DNA of 64,000 nucleotides, from the IMG/VR virus record IMGVR_UViG_3300012988_000016, positions 1-64,000 of that record. One strand, 5' to 3'. The notes beneath the pieces were generated by a model. That model ran no database searches. It saw nothing but the letters and a program-made list of their open reading frames with translations, and had not been told where the DNA came from. The stretch's first letter is position 1. Every line of letters begins with the position of its first letter. The position numbers and the translations under genes are program-made. Positions 1 to 9,429 of the stretch are shown piece by piece.

Positions 1-1197
1 CAATACTTTCAGAAACGCAACGCCCTTTATGGGGATGATCATTCGATCAATCCTTCCCAGAAGCTGTTTCGAACCCGCCTCATGAATAGATTGAGGACTT
101 TGGACCCCGAGAAAGCTACCAAAGTTCAGCAACTATTAGGGCCATTGGAGCACAAGGAGTACAAGGCACTCCATAAGCGCTGGTCTTCTCAATACAGTGC
201 TTGGGCTAATCGTAAGACCAAGCATGAAGAGGCCCTGCAGGCCTACATGAAGAATCCTCAAGGTAAACCTCCAGGAGGATTCGTTGAGGAAGCCCCACCA
301 GAGCCAGAAAAACCAGTCACAGGTTCTCCAGAAGAGGGCCCCGATAAGGCCTCAGATATTTGGGACGATGCTTTTTCCCAGAATCAACATGAGGATGCCA
401 GTCACGAAGCTGTCAAACAGGCTAGTGTTTTTACTTATTCTAGAACCCATGTGATGGGATCTACCAGCAAAACGAGTGTCTATCATGGTGTCGACCCGTA
501 CGCCTATGGGGCACCAGACTATCCAGGTTGGATGCAGCCGCACCAAAGAGACTTGGGAGAGTCTGATTGGACAACCATCTTGGCTGAGGCCCGTCAATTC
601 TTAGGGTCCAGCTTGTTGGATGTGGCCGACCCGGGGGTTGACCCAGATGCTCAATTGAGAGCAGCTCTGGATCTGGCCATCTACTCAAGTCGTTACAACG
701 GTGCAGTGAATGCCACCCAATATGCCAATCTTTTGGCCAAGTTGGCGGGCAAGCCGCAACCCAGCACGACCCAAACCCTTTTGACCGTAACTGAGAAGAG
801 CGGGTCCTCGGACAGCACTTCTTCTTTTAACAACACATTGAGTGCCACCATTGGAGAAGTGACCCCCATGAAATCATCACGCACCGTTCGTGAATTCGCA
901 GCTAAGGTTGCAAAGTTTGATGCCAAGACCGCGTTTGAGATGACCGACTTCGCGGATCGTTTGGCGGAGCAAGAGCAACAAGACAAGGAACAGGAGCAGA
1001 AAACTGCTGGTGAGCTGCCCCCTTGGCTGAAGAAGGACGACGACAAGGAAGAGAAGAAAGACGACAAAGAGGAGAAGAAGGAAGCTGCCAAGTACGCCTC
1101 ACTCAAGGCTCTTGTGATCAAGACTGCTTCTGAGACTCCGGCCGCCGCTCGCGCCGCTTTCCGGCCACTACTCCAGGCTCTCAAGAACCTGGGCTGA
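1..1197 (+). CDS. Head-associated low-complexity protein, 5'-partial
   Basis: The frame of the ATG at 82 is open back to base 1 (QYFQKRNALYGDD...), so the gene starts upstream of the window. Charged/Pro-rich; KQAS, KTAG, KEAA and KTAS motifs; lies upstream of the head genes. Confidence 0.75.
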   Translation, partial: QYFQKRNALYGDDHSINPSQKLFRTRLMNRLRTLDPEKATKVQQLLGPLEHKEYKALHKRWSSQYSAWANRKTKHEEALQAYMKNPQGKPPGGFVEEAPPEPEKPVTGSPEEGPDKASDIWDDAFSQNQHEDASHEAVKQASVFTYSRTHVMGSTSKTSVYHGVDPYAYGAPDYPGWMQPHQRDLGESDWTTILAEARQFLGSSLLDVADPGVDPDAQLRAALDLAIYSSRYNGAVNATQYANLLAKLAGKPQPSTTQTLLTVTEKSGSSDSTSSFNNTLSATIGEVTPMKSSRTVREFAAKVAKFDAKTAFEMTDFADRLAEQEQQDKEQEQKTAGELPPWLKKDDDKEEKKDDKEEKKEAAKYASLKALVIKTASETPAAARAAFRPLLQALKNLG

Positions 1198-1233
1198 ACC
1201 CTTTTTACCTAGAAGGACTTAGGAACCCCACAA

Positions 1234-1629
1234 ATGGCTAACAAACTTTCTGCAGAACAGTCAAAAAAGGCAAGCGAGATTCTCTCTGCTTTCGATCGCA
1301 TCGCTTCCGACATTCAAGCGAACTTCGCCTCTATGGGGTTGTCGTTCGACAATGCCAAGCAACTTGTCAACCACCTCGATAAGGTGGCGGATGAGGCAGA
1401 GGCTCACTTCTTCGGTCCAGAATCGATGGCTCGCCGTCAGGTGGTGGTCCTAAAGAGTGCCAAGGTGATTCAAAAGGATTCGGACGAATCTTACATGGAC
1501 ACCTTCAACAAGCCTATGGCGCCGCTCCAGACGGATGCTGATGAACCGTACATGAGTGCTTACGCCGACGATCAGTCGAGTGCCGTCAATAACGGTAAGT
1601 CGACAACGGGCCGTCCTCTCGCTCCCTGA
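1234..1629 (+). CDS. Hypothetical head-associated protein
   Basis: RBS-like TAGGA upstream; internal DSDESYM/DADEPYM repeat; head cluster position. Confidence 0.75.
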   Translation: MANKLSAEQSKKASEILSAFDRIASDIQANFASMGLSFDNAKQLVNHLDKVADEAEAHFFGPESMARRQVVVLKSAKVIQKDSDESYMDTFNKPMAPLQTDADEPYMSAYADDQSSAVNNGKSTTGRPLAP

Positions 1630-1655
1630 ACTAAGTTTTAGTAAGGGACGGGCAA

Positions 1656-2366
1656 GTGATCGATTACTGGAAATTGACCAAGGACTTCAAGCCTGGGGAC
1701 TTCGTACAGAAGTACATCCCCAGTCGAAGTGTCAGTCTATCGCCCTATGTGGGTCGCGTCACAGCGGTCCTACATGGGATCGGTTTTCTTGATGTCCAGT
1801 GGCCTTTTGACAATGAACGAGTCTCGCCTGAAGAGGTGGTGAAGGTCAACAAGGAATTCGCCGCCTACCTACCACCTAGTCTCAATTTCTCCTACTACCC
1901 TGGTTTGGAGCAAAAGAGAGAGGCTTCGAAGGGTCAATGGCGTTCAATCGAGCTGCCGGCTGGCTTCCATAAAGAGCTAGCTAGACTGTTCCACAAGGGT
2001 GCTCATGAGGTAAGGGCATATGACGAACTGTGGCATCGTTACGCCTCTTTCTCTGATGATACGGCTTTGAGGGACGAGGTGCAGAGATTTTATCGCTTTG
2101 CCTCCAACTCGGTAGACCTGTTCATCAGTGAGTTCGTCCGTAAGACGGCCACCTACTGGGCGGCTCAGAATCGTACCCACAGGGCCACCAGGGCTGAGGT
2201 TGATAACCGATGTCCCAATTGTCCTAGGTGCGGGACAGCGATGCGGAAAACCACCTATAAGATGTCTGAGGGACAGCGAACACGCTTGTTTGCTTGTCCC
2301 AAAGATTTGTACCTGATCAAGCAGGATGACATTCTTGGTCCAGGTGGGGAGCCTGTTGCATGGTGA
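1656..2366 (+). CDS. Hypothetical protein: N-terminal KOW/SH3-like region and C-terminal zinc ribbon
   Basis: FKPGDFV...GRVTAV...LDVQW at the N-terminus; CPRC...CPKD near the C-terminus; GTG start. Confidence 0.7.
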   Translation: MIDYWKLTKDFKPGDFVQKYIPSRSVSLSPYVGRVTAVLHGIGFLDVQWPFDNERVSPEEVVKVNKEFAAYLPPSLNFSYYPGLEQKREASKGQWRSIELPAGFHKELARLFHKGAHEVRAYDELWHRYASFSDDTALRDEVQRFYRFASNSVDLFISEFVRKTATYWAAQNRTHRATRAEVDNRCPNCPRCGTAMRKTTYKMSEGQRTRLFACPKDLYLIKQDDILGPGGEPVAW

Positions 2367-2746
2367 GATCAGCCAACATTCCAGGCACTGTCAAGAATTT
2401 CTTGACCATCCTAGTGGGCCGTCTCACTCGCTATGACAAACTTCTTCAGCAGAACGCCCTAAAGAAGGGTCGTCCAGACAACATCTATCGTCTTTCTCTT
2501 TGGCTGGGTGCCAAACAGGAAGCTGAGCAGTTGGTTCATTCCTATTTGAACGAATCAACTCCTGAGGCGCTAAATGCATTGAAGGCGGCCCTCATTAAGA
2601 AATTCCACGTGAACGATATGCCGCCTGTCAAGGCGGTAATCAAGATGATTGATGAGTTCATTGCGAGCGGTAAATCCCCCAAGTATGCCTCTGCCAATCG
2701 CCTTGTTGATCGATTCCTAGGTTTGCCTCTTTTCGAGGTGTTCTAA
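2360..2746 (+). CDS. Hypothetical alpha-helical protein
   Basis: Overlaps the upstream stop (coupled); ends KYASANRLVDRFLG. Confidence 0.7.
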   Translation: MVRSANIPGTVKNFLTILVGRLTRYDKLLQQNALKKGRPDNIYRLSLWLGAKQEAEQLVHSYLNESTPEALNALKAALIKKFHVNDMPPVKAVIKMIDEFIASGKSPKYASANRLVDRFLGLPLFEVF

Positions 2747-2749
2747 GTC

Positions 2750-4297
2750 ATGGCCTTCTCCAAGTACGCCAATGCGGCAGTGGTTCAGCCCGTCGTAACG
2801 ATGTCGACATGGGACGATTTGCGTGCCAAGTCGATGGGCGGAGCTTTTGCCAAGACAGCCAGCTTGGAAGTGGTCCAGAAATACGACCCCAAAGAATATC
2901 TGCTTACACACTGTACCATCATCGCGTCTGTCGATACCGAGAACGGTCCTGGTCAGTTGGGACGTACGTTTGATAACGGTTTCCAGATCGATCGTCGTTA
3001 TCAAGACTACTACATCACTACCAAGACGGCACAGTATGTCAACAGCAATCAGGATAGCTGGGAACGTAACTTGTTGCTCGCAACGTTCCGCACCTTCATT
3101 GGTGGTCAGAATTACGTAGAACATTTGCAAATACCTGAGTTGTCTAAGGGACGCATCATTGATGCGGCGGCTCGTGATCTTGGAGACACGGTCTACGTAG
3201 ACATCTTGGTAGCAACGGAACTCAAGCATTCCCCTCTGATTGCGGCCATCAAGTCTCAGCAACTACAGACTCTAAGTATGGGTTGCACGGTCGCCCACAC
3301 AACCTGCACACAATGTGGGAATGTGGCGGAAGACGAGACCCAGCTCTGTCAACACATCAAATACTCCAAGGGCAATCAGTTCATTGATGCTCTGGGGAGG
3401 ACTCGTAAGATTGCCGAGCTGTGCGGCCATGTGACAGATCCTCGCTCGGTCAAGTTTATTGAGGCCAGTTGGGTCGCCAATCCTGCTTTCAAGGGGGCGG
3501 TGGTTCGCAACATCCTAACTCCAGATGAATTGGCCAAGGTTGGTAACAAGGTGCAAGTCGCCTTCTCGATGCCCACTCAGGTTCCGGACGCTTCTCAATT
3601 CGGAAAAGCGGCTCATCTGCAGACCAACGATATGAGGGTTGTGAGTCGTGTTCAGAACCCTGCCATTGCTCCTCGTACTAGGATTTCTCTATCGGATCCT
3701 TCGCATCCATCACAGGATCAAGAACAATTTGAAGGGGCTGATCAAGCGGCTCCGGCCAACCCTAAGAAAGATCAGCAACCCATAGATAAGGCAGTCGATA
3801 GCCTGGCTGATCTGATCAAAGAGAAGGCGTTGGAGAAGGTTCGAGGTGAGATGAATCAAAAAGATCTCCCCCCTCGTGCCGATTTGAAAGAAAATCAGAA
3901 CAACACTTTGCTGCGTGAAGCGGTCCAAAAGAGCTCCTCTTGGAAGCGTCTAGCAGAGGTGGTGTTGGCCCAAACACCCAATCCAGAGATGGCTCGCAAG
4001 GTCTTGACTGGCTTGTTGTTGTTCAAGAATGGCGGTTGGCAAGCCGTCAAAGAAGCTTCGTACTCAGGAACGGAAGTACTGGCAATCTCACGCTTTCTGG
4101 ACAACATCCAGGGAGTTAGGATTGCAGGCGAACATCGAATCTACCGCACCGTTTTGACTGTTGGCGGGATGTTGGCTTACGGAGATGCAGATAGCTACTT
4201 GGCGGCTTGTCGTCGAGCAGTTGGACGAGAACTGACCACATCAGAGACCGATGCCTTGATCACAAAAGGCAAACTTTTCGATCTCTCGAAATCGTAA
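2750..4297 (+). CDS. Prohead (capsid maturation) serine protease with Cys-rich insertion
   Basis: YVEH (His), LSMG (Ser) and FIEASWVANPAF match HK97/herpes-type prohead protease motifs; CTQC...CQH...CGH insert; upstream of scaffold and capsid genes. Confidence 0.8.
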   Translation: MAFSKYANAAVVQPVVTMSTWDDLRAKSMGGAFAKTASLEVVQKYDPKEYLLTHCTIIASVDTENGPGQLGRTFDNGFQIDRRYQDYYITTKTAQYVNSNQDSWERNLLLATFRTFIGGQNYVEHLQIPELSKGRIIDAAARDLGDTVYVDILVATELKHSPLIAAIKSQQLQTLSMGCTVAHTTCTQCGNVAEDETQLCQHIKYSKGNQFIDALGRTRKIAELCGHVTDPRSVKFIEASWVANPAFKGAVVRNILTPDELAKVGNKVQVAFSMPTQVPDASQFGKAAHLQTNDMRVVSRVQNPAIAPRTRISLSDPSHPSQDQEQFEGADQAAPANPKKDQQPIDKAVDSLADLIKEKALEKVRGEMNQKDLPPRADLKENQNNTLLREAVQKSSSWKRLAEVVLAQTPNPEMARKVLTGLLLFKNGGWQAVKEASYSGTEVLAISRFLDNIQGVRIAGEHRIYRTVLTVGGMLAYGDADSYLAACRRAVGRELTTSETDALITKGKLFDLSKS

Positions 4298-4343
4298 ATC
4301 TCTTTATACCCCACTACAAGGCATAGGAAAGGGTGATCCCGTC

Positions 4344-5570
4344 ATGCGCGAACGCACCACCTGGAATCGTGAAAAGATTGCACAGAACGTCAGAATTGCA
4401 GAAGACCCCCGTGCAATGAACCAAGACCATTTGAGCCAACAACCGGCAGCCGACAAGTATGAGATCGGTGGACCTTCGGATTTCGCCGAAGATGTTCATC
4501 CATCCAACACTACTTGGAAAGCTGAGTACAGCGGTGGTGAAGTCAAGCGCAACGAGATCGGAATGCCCGAACTACGTGGTGACACTTTCAACCATGCTGA
4601 GAAGACAGCTGCTGAACAGCAAGAAGAAGCTGCTGCGGAAGATGAGGTGCTGGAGAAGAAGGCCTCTCTCTGCATCAAGCTGGCCAAGCGCTGCCTGTCC
4701 AAGAAGGCTTCTGAGTCGATGATTGAAGATCAAGCTCTCGCATTCATGCATATGCCTGATGCAGCTTTGATCGAATCTGTCAATCGTCTGGCAGCCGAAG
4801 AGGAAGACGAAGAAGAGCAGAGCAAACAAGCTCAGCAACAGCAAGCTCAAGACTCGGAAGAGCAGAAGCAAGCTGGTCAGATTCCTGAGAACTTCAAGAA
4901 GAAGGATGAGAAGGAAGAGGGCCAGGAGCAGCAGGCTAAGCAAGCCCAGCAGCAAGCTCAGCAGGCTGACGAAGAGCAGCAAAAGCAGGCTCAGCAGCAG
5001 GCTAAGGATGATGCGGAAGAGCAGAAGAAGCAAGCTGCCTACCAGGCTTTCAAGGCCGCTTGTGATGCGATGGCCCAGACGGGCTTGCAGCAGGATCAGG
5101 TTATGTCGTTGTTCCAGCAAGCTCTGGGTCAAGGACAGCAGCAACAGGCTCCCGCTCAGGTTCAGCAGCAGTTGGGTGATGACCAATTGCTGGACCAGAT
5201 GCTCCAAGACGAGGTTGGTCAGCCAGTGTTGGCCAATAGCTTCAATGACATTGAGTTGGACGGTATCTCGATGGATGTTGGTGAGACTCACATCGCCGCT
5301 TCCGAGGATGAGGTTCTCAAGACCTTGTTTGCTTCCAATCAAGAAGTCATCGAAGCACAGCAAGCAAACGCAATCCTGACTGGTATTCCGGTTCAGGCTT
5401 CGACTGTGCACACAACCCGTACGGCCTCTAAGCGTACGATTGGCACTCAGCCCTCAGTTGGTGTGTCGGCAATCGGTAGCGGTGGAAACGCTGCTACGGG
5501 CGGAGATATCGACAAGTTGTCGAGCCTCTGGCAGTCGGCTCCAGACGTGAAGGGCATCTTCGGCATCTGA
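4344..5570 (+). CDS. Capsid scaffolding protein
   Basis: Acidic, Gln/Ala-rich, helical; between protease and decoration/capsid genes; many KQA repeats. Confidence 0.7.
   Translation: MRERTTWNREKIAQNVRIAEDPRAMNQDHLSQQPAADKYEIGGPSDFAEDVHPSNTTWKAEYSGGEVKRNEIGMPELRGDTFNHAEKTAAEQQEEAAAEDEVLEKKASLCIKLAKRCLSKKASESMIEDQALAFMHMPDAALIESVNRLAAEEEDEEEQSKQAQQQQAQDSEEQKQAGQIPENFKKKDEKEEGQEQQAKQAQQQAQQADEEQQKQAQQQAKDDAEEQKKQAAYQAFKAACDAMAQTGLQQDQVMSLFQQALGQGQQQQAPAQVQQQLGDDQLLDQMLQDEVGQPVLANSFNDIELDGISMDVGETHIAASEDEVLKTLFASNQEVIEAQQANAILTGIPVQASTVHTTRTASKRTIGTQPSVGVSAIGSGGNAATGGDIDKLSSLWQSAPDVKGIFGI
4820..5040 (+). repeat. Imperfect Gln-rich (E/D)EEQxKQAQQQA repeats in the scaffold gene
   Basis: EQSKQAQQQQAQDSEEQKQAG...QAKQAQQQAQQADEEQQKQAQQQAKDDAEEQKKQAA. 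Confidence 0.8.
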
Positions 5571-5651
5571 ATTGCTGAAGACCTAATACTCAATATCTAG
5601 ATGTAAATTTCGTCCCCCAGCAACAAAGCCCATTTTTAGGAGAATTTCAAT

Positions 5652-6269
5652 ATGCCTCTATCTCTCGGCCAAGGCTCGGGTGACTTCAGGGAAACTTCCG
5701 GCAGAGTGCAGATCTTCCACGTCGGTCAACGCAACAGCGTTGGCGTCTTGACGGCGGACGCTTTCACTCAAGCCAACCCCGTGAACGTCACTGCCGGTGC
5801 CAACAAAAGCACAACCCTCGCAGGTATCAGCAAACTAGGCGTCTTGGGCGCCAGCTTCGCATTCACTCGTCCAGACGCTGGTAACGGCTTTCACGGTGGT
5901 CCTGCCCAGGTAGGCGCAGCCTACGTGGTTGGCCAGAAGCCACTCGGCCTCTTCATCAACGATTCGTTGGGTAACGCCTTCGAAAACACCCCTGGTGTTG
6001 CCTCTGGTCGTGGCCCATACCTCTGCGGCTTCGGTACAGTCGGCGTTTCGCTCTGGGAAACCCAGAACCTAGCTTCAGGTAGCGCGGCTCTGACCTACGC
6101 TCCTGGCGATGCCCTCTATGCTTCGGCAAACGGGTTCATCACCAACGTGGCGGCTGACGCCTATGAAAAGTTCGGTGCCCTCAGCGCCAACACACCCACC
6201 ATCGTCGGCATCCTCAAGGTAGCCCCCGATGCGAACAACACGCTCTTGGTATTCGATCTCCGCATCTGA
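5652..6269 (+). CDS. Head decoration/cement protein
   Basis: Small Gly/Ala beta-rich protein directly before the capsid gene; YAPGDALYASANGFIT...VGILK resembles beta-tulip decoration proteins; strong AGGAG RBS. Confidence 0.65.
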   Translation: MPLSLGQGSGDFRETSGRVQIFHVGQRNSVGVLTADAFTQANPVNVTAGANKSTTLAGISKLGVLGASFAFTRPDAGNGFHGGPAQVGAAYVVGQKPLGLFINDSLGNAFENTPGVASGRGPYLCGFGTVGVSLWETQNLASGSAALTYAPGDALYASANGFITNVAADAYEKFGALSANTPTIVGILKVAPDANNTLLVFDLRI

Positions 6270-6316
6270 GCGGGAAACTAGGCCTCTAAGGGAATTCCCG
6301 TAAGGAAAACAAAGCT

Positions 6317-7198
6317 ATGCCTCAGCAAGTAAGCAACGAAGTCAAGCAGCAGATCATCTCCGAGTACATCAAGACCGCCGCCGGTCGTGCCAAGCTCGCA
6401 GCCTCGATGATCCAACCCTTGCGTCTCCGCCGTGACTACACGGCCGTTGGTCGCAAGACCTTCTTGGTAGAACAACTACCGGACGGCGCATTGCCAATCT
6501 ACGACAAGGATCCGGAAGTTACGGCTTTCGTGGTCGGCGAAGAAGGCTCGAACATCTTGGCTATCCAGAAGCCACGTCGTGTCATCTTCCCGTTGTTCGA
6601 GATCGCCTCGAACCCCGAAATACCGTTGACCCAGATCAAGGAGCGTCGTTTCGACCTCATTGAACGCAGCCAGGACCTCGCCAAGGCGCAGATTCAGGCC
6701 GCTGAAGATGAGCGCGTGTTCGCCGTCCTCGACAGCATCGCTGTCTCGGGCTTCGACACCCTCCCCGGCCAGACCAACCCGGATATCGCCGTGGTGGCCC
6801 CGATCTCGCCAAGCGTCCTCGCCGATGCTTTCGCGGAAATCGAACGCCACGACCTCCGTGTTGCTCGTATCTACATGAACGCCACCGACTACGCGGACAT
6901 CCGCAAGTTCGGTCGCGACATCCTGGATATCGAGTCGCAGGCCACCCTGCTCAAGACAGGTTTGCAGGCCACCCTCTGGGGTGCTCAGATCATCACGTCG
7001 CGTCTGGTTCCGGCCGGCTTCGTGTACGTCTGCGGCGAGCCAGAGAACTTCGGTCGCTTCCCCGTCCGCACGGAACTGACCGTGTTGTCGGCGGATGACC
7101 CGAAGGCCCGCACAATTGGTTTCAGCTGTTTTCAGAACGTCGGCATAGGCGCATTCAACCCGCGTGCTATGACCCGTTTGGTCGTCACCCGCATCTGA
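6317..7198 (+). CDS. Major capsid protein (HK97 fold)
   Basis: 293 aa; FEIASNPEIPLTQIKERRFDLIERSQDLAKAQIQAAEDERVF, IYMNATDYADI and LWGAQII match capsid motifs; strong codon bias; AAGGA RBS; terminator follows. Confidence 0.88.
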   Translation: MPQQVSNEVKQQIISEYIKTAAGRAKLAASMIQPLRLRRDYTAVGRKTFLVEQLPDGALPIYDKDPEVTAFVVGEEGSNILAIQKPRRVIFPLFEIASNPEIPLTQIKERRFDLIERSQDLAKAQIQAAEDERVFAVLDSIAVSGFDTLPGQTNPDIAVVAPISPSVLADAFAEIERHDLRVARIYMNATDYADIRKFGRDILDIESQATLLKTGLQATLWGAQIITSRLVPAGFVYVCGEPENFGRFPVRTELTVLSADDPKARTIGFSCFQNVGIGAFNPRAMTRLVVTRI

Positions 7199-7224
7199 AC
7201 CCAATAAGCCTAACGGCTTGATCG

Positions 7225-7262
7225 AAAACGCCTCCAGGGTTATCTCTGGGGGCGTTTTTCTT
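7225..7262 (+). terminator. Intrinsic terminator after the capsid gene
   Basis: AAAACGCCTCCAGGG-TTAT-CTCTGGGGGCGTTTT stem-loop followed by a T-rich tract. Confidence 0.85.
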
Positions 7263-7299
7263 TGGAGCTTAAGTCACCGTTATGCTACGATGTGAGATC

Positions 7300-8229
7300 A
7301 TGAGATCTATATCGTGCCCAGTCGCCCCTGAAGAACTACGTAGCTGGTATCTAGTCGAGAAACTCACAGACGATCAAATAGCTGATCGTTTAGGAGCCCC
7401 TACAACAGTCAAACGAGTCAGATCTTGGCGTCGCCGATTTGGTATTGAGACCATTTGTCGCACAGAAAGGCATCTTATTGTGCCAATCGAAGGTCGACTA
7501 CGATCGGTGCTTGTCGGCTCAATGTTAGGGGATGGTCGAATCTCAAAAAGCTTGAATGTAGCTCGATACTGTGAGCTTCACTCTGAAGCTCAGAAATCAT
7601 ACTTGGATTGGAAAGTCCAGGAATGGGGACCTTGGGTAAAGACTGAGCCTCTATACATCTCCAGAGACTTTCCAGCTTGGCGTTTCGAAACTGTCTCCCA
7701 CACTCAGCTTCTCTCCTGGCATGCCCTGTTCTATCCCAATCCTGGGCCAAAACAGCTGCAACCAGAAGTAGTTGATTTGGTGGATTACTTGGCTCTAGCA
7801 ATATGGTTCATGGATGACGGTTCTTCTGGCTGGTGGCCACGCATCACGTTTGGTATGCAGCCGTCAAGTCATGCAATAGCATTGACCATCTTCGAGAGAC
7901 TTGGATTCAAGCCTCGTTGGGAGGTGTGTGATGGTAACACAGGTAACTTCCACTTTGAGGGTGAAGATCAGGCGGAACGTTTCATCGCCCTGATTACGCC
8001 CCATATGCCAGAGTGTATGCACTACAAGTTGTCGTTTGGATTCCAGGGGCCTCAGTACCAACTACGCAAAAAACTCACATTTGAACGCCTTAAGGAGCTG
8101 GTCGATTGCGGCACTCCAATCAAACGCATGGCGAAGATTCTGGATGAAGCACCCACAACGGTGACAAGGCATCTCGAACGCCTAGGTATCGAACATCCCA
8201 GAACCATAGGCAGACCGCCCAGCAAATGA
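7300..8229 (+). CDS. Free-standing LAGLIDADG homing endonuclease with terminal HTH domains
   Basis: LVGSMLGDGRI and LAIWFMDDGS motifs; HTH-like segments at both ends; probable start is the ATG at 7300 (track gives 7282). Confidence 0.85.
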   Translation: MRSISCPVAPEELRSWYLVEKLTDDQIADRLGAPTTVKRVRSWRRRFGIETICRTERHLIVPIEGRLRSVLVGSMLGDGRISKSLNVARYCELHSEAQKSYLDWKVQEWGPWVKTEPLYISRDFPAWRFETVSHTQLLSWHALFYPNPGPKQLQPEVVDLVDYLALAIWFMDDGSSGWWPRITFGMQPSSHAIALTIFERLGFKPRWEVCDGNTGNFHFEGEDQAERFIALITPHMPECMHYKLSFGFQGPQYQLRKKLTFERLKELVDCGTPIKRMAKILDEAPTTVTRHLERLGIEHPRTIGRPPSK

Positions 8230-9412
8230 CCCTTTTATGCCTCAACTTAGGGGCATGATCCACTATAGCTACGATTATCGAATCCCAGAGTCCTATGATC
8301 GTAGGAAATTGGCTGAGGCGGAAAACATCCTGGCACTTCTGGCCGAATTTCGTCGAGTAGTGGATTCGATGGAGAAGAGGTGGGTCGAACTTAGTGCCGC
8401 TCAGGATGATTCTTTGACTACACTCCGAGCCTCCGTCTATCTGCCAGGGACGTTCGAAGTCCTCAATCGGGTGGGGGCTTATCGCATATTCTGGGGGATT
8501 TTGCAGCAATACAAGATCTCTTCAAGTGCCGATCGAAAGCTGATTGAGCAAGCTTCGAAGGAGTTTTCCAAGAATCGCATCCAGAGAGTTAAACCTGATG
8601 TAGCGCTTGAAGTCCTCAAGAAGAAGGTAGACACCTATCGGTCGTATGCGGATGCGGCGGATCGAGTGATCAAGAAGGGAGAGTTGCATAACGATGAGGC
8701 CTCAGGCACGACTGAGACGGCCGGATGTTTCACGCTCGTCAATACGGGCGACTTTTCGGCCCAGCAGATGGCTGATGTGGCCAAGGTGGTCGATCGAGCA
8801 AGCGCTCTGATCAAAGCCAAAGGGTTCGGCAAGATCTGCTACGGTACCATTCAGGTGACCAATACGGTGAATCGTAGCTCCAATGTGTTGGCCTTCTACG
8901 TTGCTAGAACAGACGAGTTTTTCGTACGTGGTAACCTCAAAGGCAAGCAAGGACCGGCTATCAGTACGATCATTCATGAGTTGGGCCACCGCCTACATCT
9001 CAAGTTCCTGAAGAGCAAAGACGCTGAGATTGAGACTCTCTACAAAACTCTTCTTAACGGGGATGAAACGGCCTTCAGAGAGGCCCTGAACGACAAGGCC
9101 AATTGGCCCAAGCCTGGAGATCTTCACAAGGACAAGGACGGCAAGGTGTATGAGGTGGAAAAGGTAGTGCTCAATCGAGCTTATGATTGGGTGGTCCAGG
9201 TTCATCTCAAAGAGGAGCCTACCATCAAGGCATCAATCTCTCTGAGTGGTTGGATCAACGTCAAAGGCCTCAAGAAAGAAACCTTTGTCAGTCCCTACGC
9301 TCGTACCAGCTATGTAGAGAACTTCGCTGAGATGTTCGATCACTACGTTGAAGAGACCTTGCCTGATGGGCAGGTGCAGATGTTGGAAGCCGTCATCAAA
9401 TGACCCTTTTAT
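8224..9412 (+). repeat. Identical 15-bp direct repeats flanking the metallopeptidase gene
   Basis: AAATGACCCTTTTAT at 8224-8238 and 9398-9412. Confidence 0.85.
8255..9403 (+). CDS. Zincin-like metallopeptidase (anthrax lethal factor/MPTase-like)
   Basis: IIHELGHRLH (HExxH) plus distal SPYARTSYVENFAEMF; probable start ATG 8255 after an AGGGG RBS. Confidence 0.7.
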   Translation: MIHYSYDYRIPESYDRRKLAEAENILALLAEFRRVVDSMEKRWVELSAAQDDSLTTLRASVYLPGTFEVLNRVGAYRIFWGILQQYKISSSADRKLIEQASKEFSKNRIQRVKPDVALEVLKKKVDTYRSYADAADRVIKKGELHNDEASGTTETAGCFTLVNTGDFSAQQMADVAKVVDRASALIKAKGFGKICYGTIQVTNTVNRSSNVLAFYVARTDEFFVRGNLKGKQGPAISTIIHELGHRLHLKFLKSKDAEIETLYKTLLNGDETAFREALNDKANWPKPGDLHKDKDGKVYEVEKVVLNRAYDWVVQVHLKEEPTIKASISLSGWINVKGLKKETFVSPYARTSYVENFAEMFDHYVEETLPDGQVQMLEAVIK

Positions 9413-9429
9413 AGCCTTACCCAGATATC

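Noticed and set aside
24-30. CCTTTAT promoter-like motif near the window start
   Set aside because: It lies inside the open reading frame that continues upstream of ATG 82.
4820-5040. CRISPR-like or other DNA-level repeat array
   Set aside because: The repeats are in-frame Gln-rich protein repeats with no constant repeat-spacer structure; no cas genes are seen.
7199-8254. Group I intron or intein carrying the LAGLIDADG
   Set aside because: The capsid gene ends normally with a terminator and the next gene has its own start; no split gene or splicing residues are evident.
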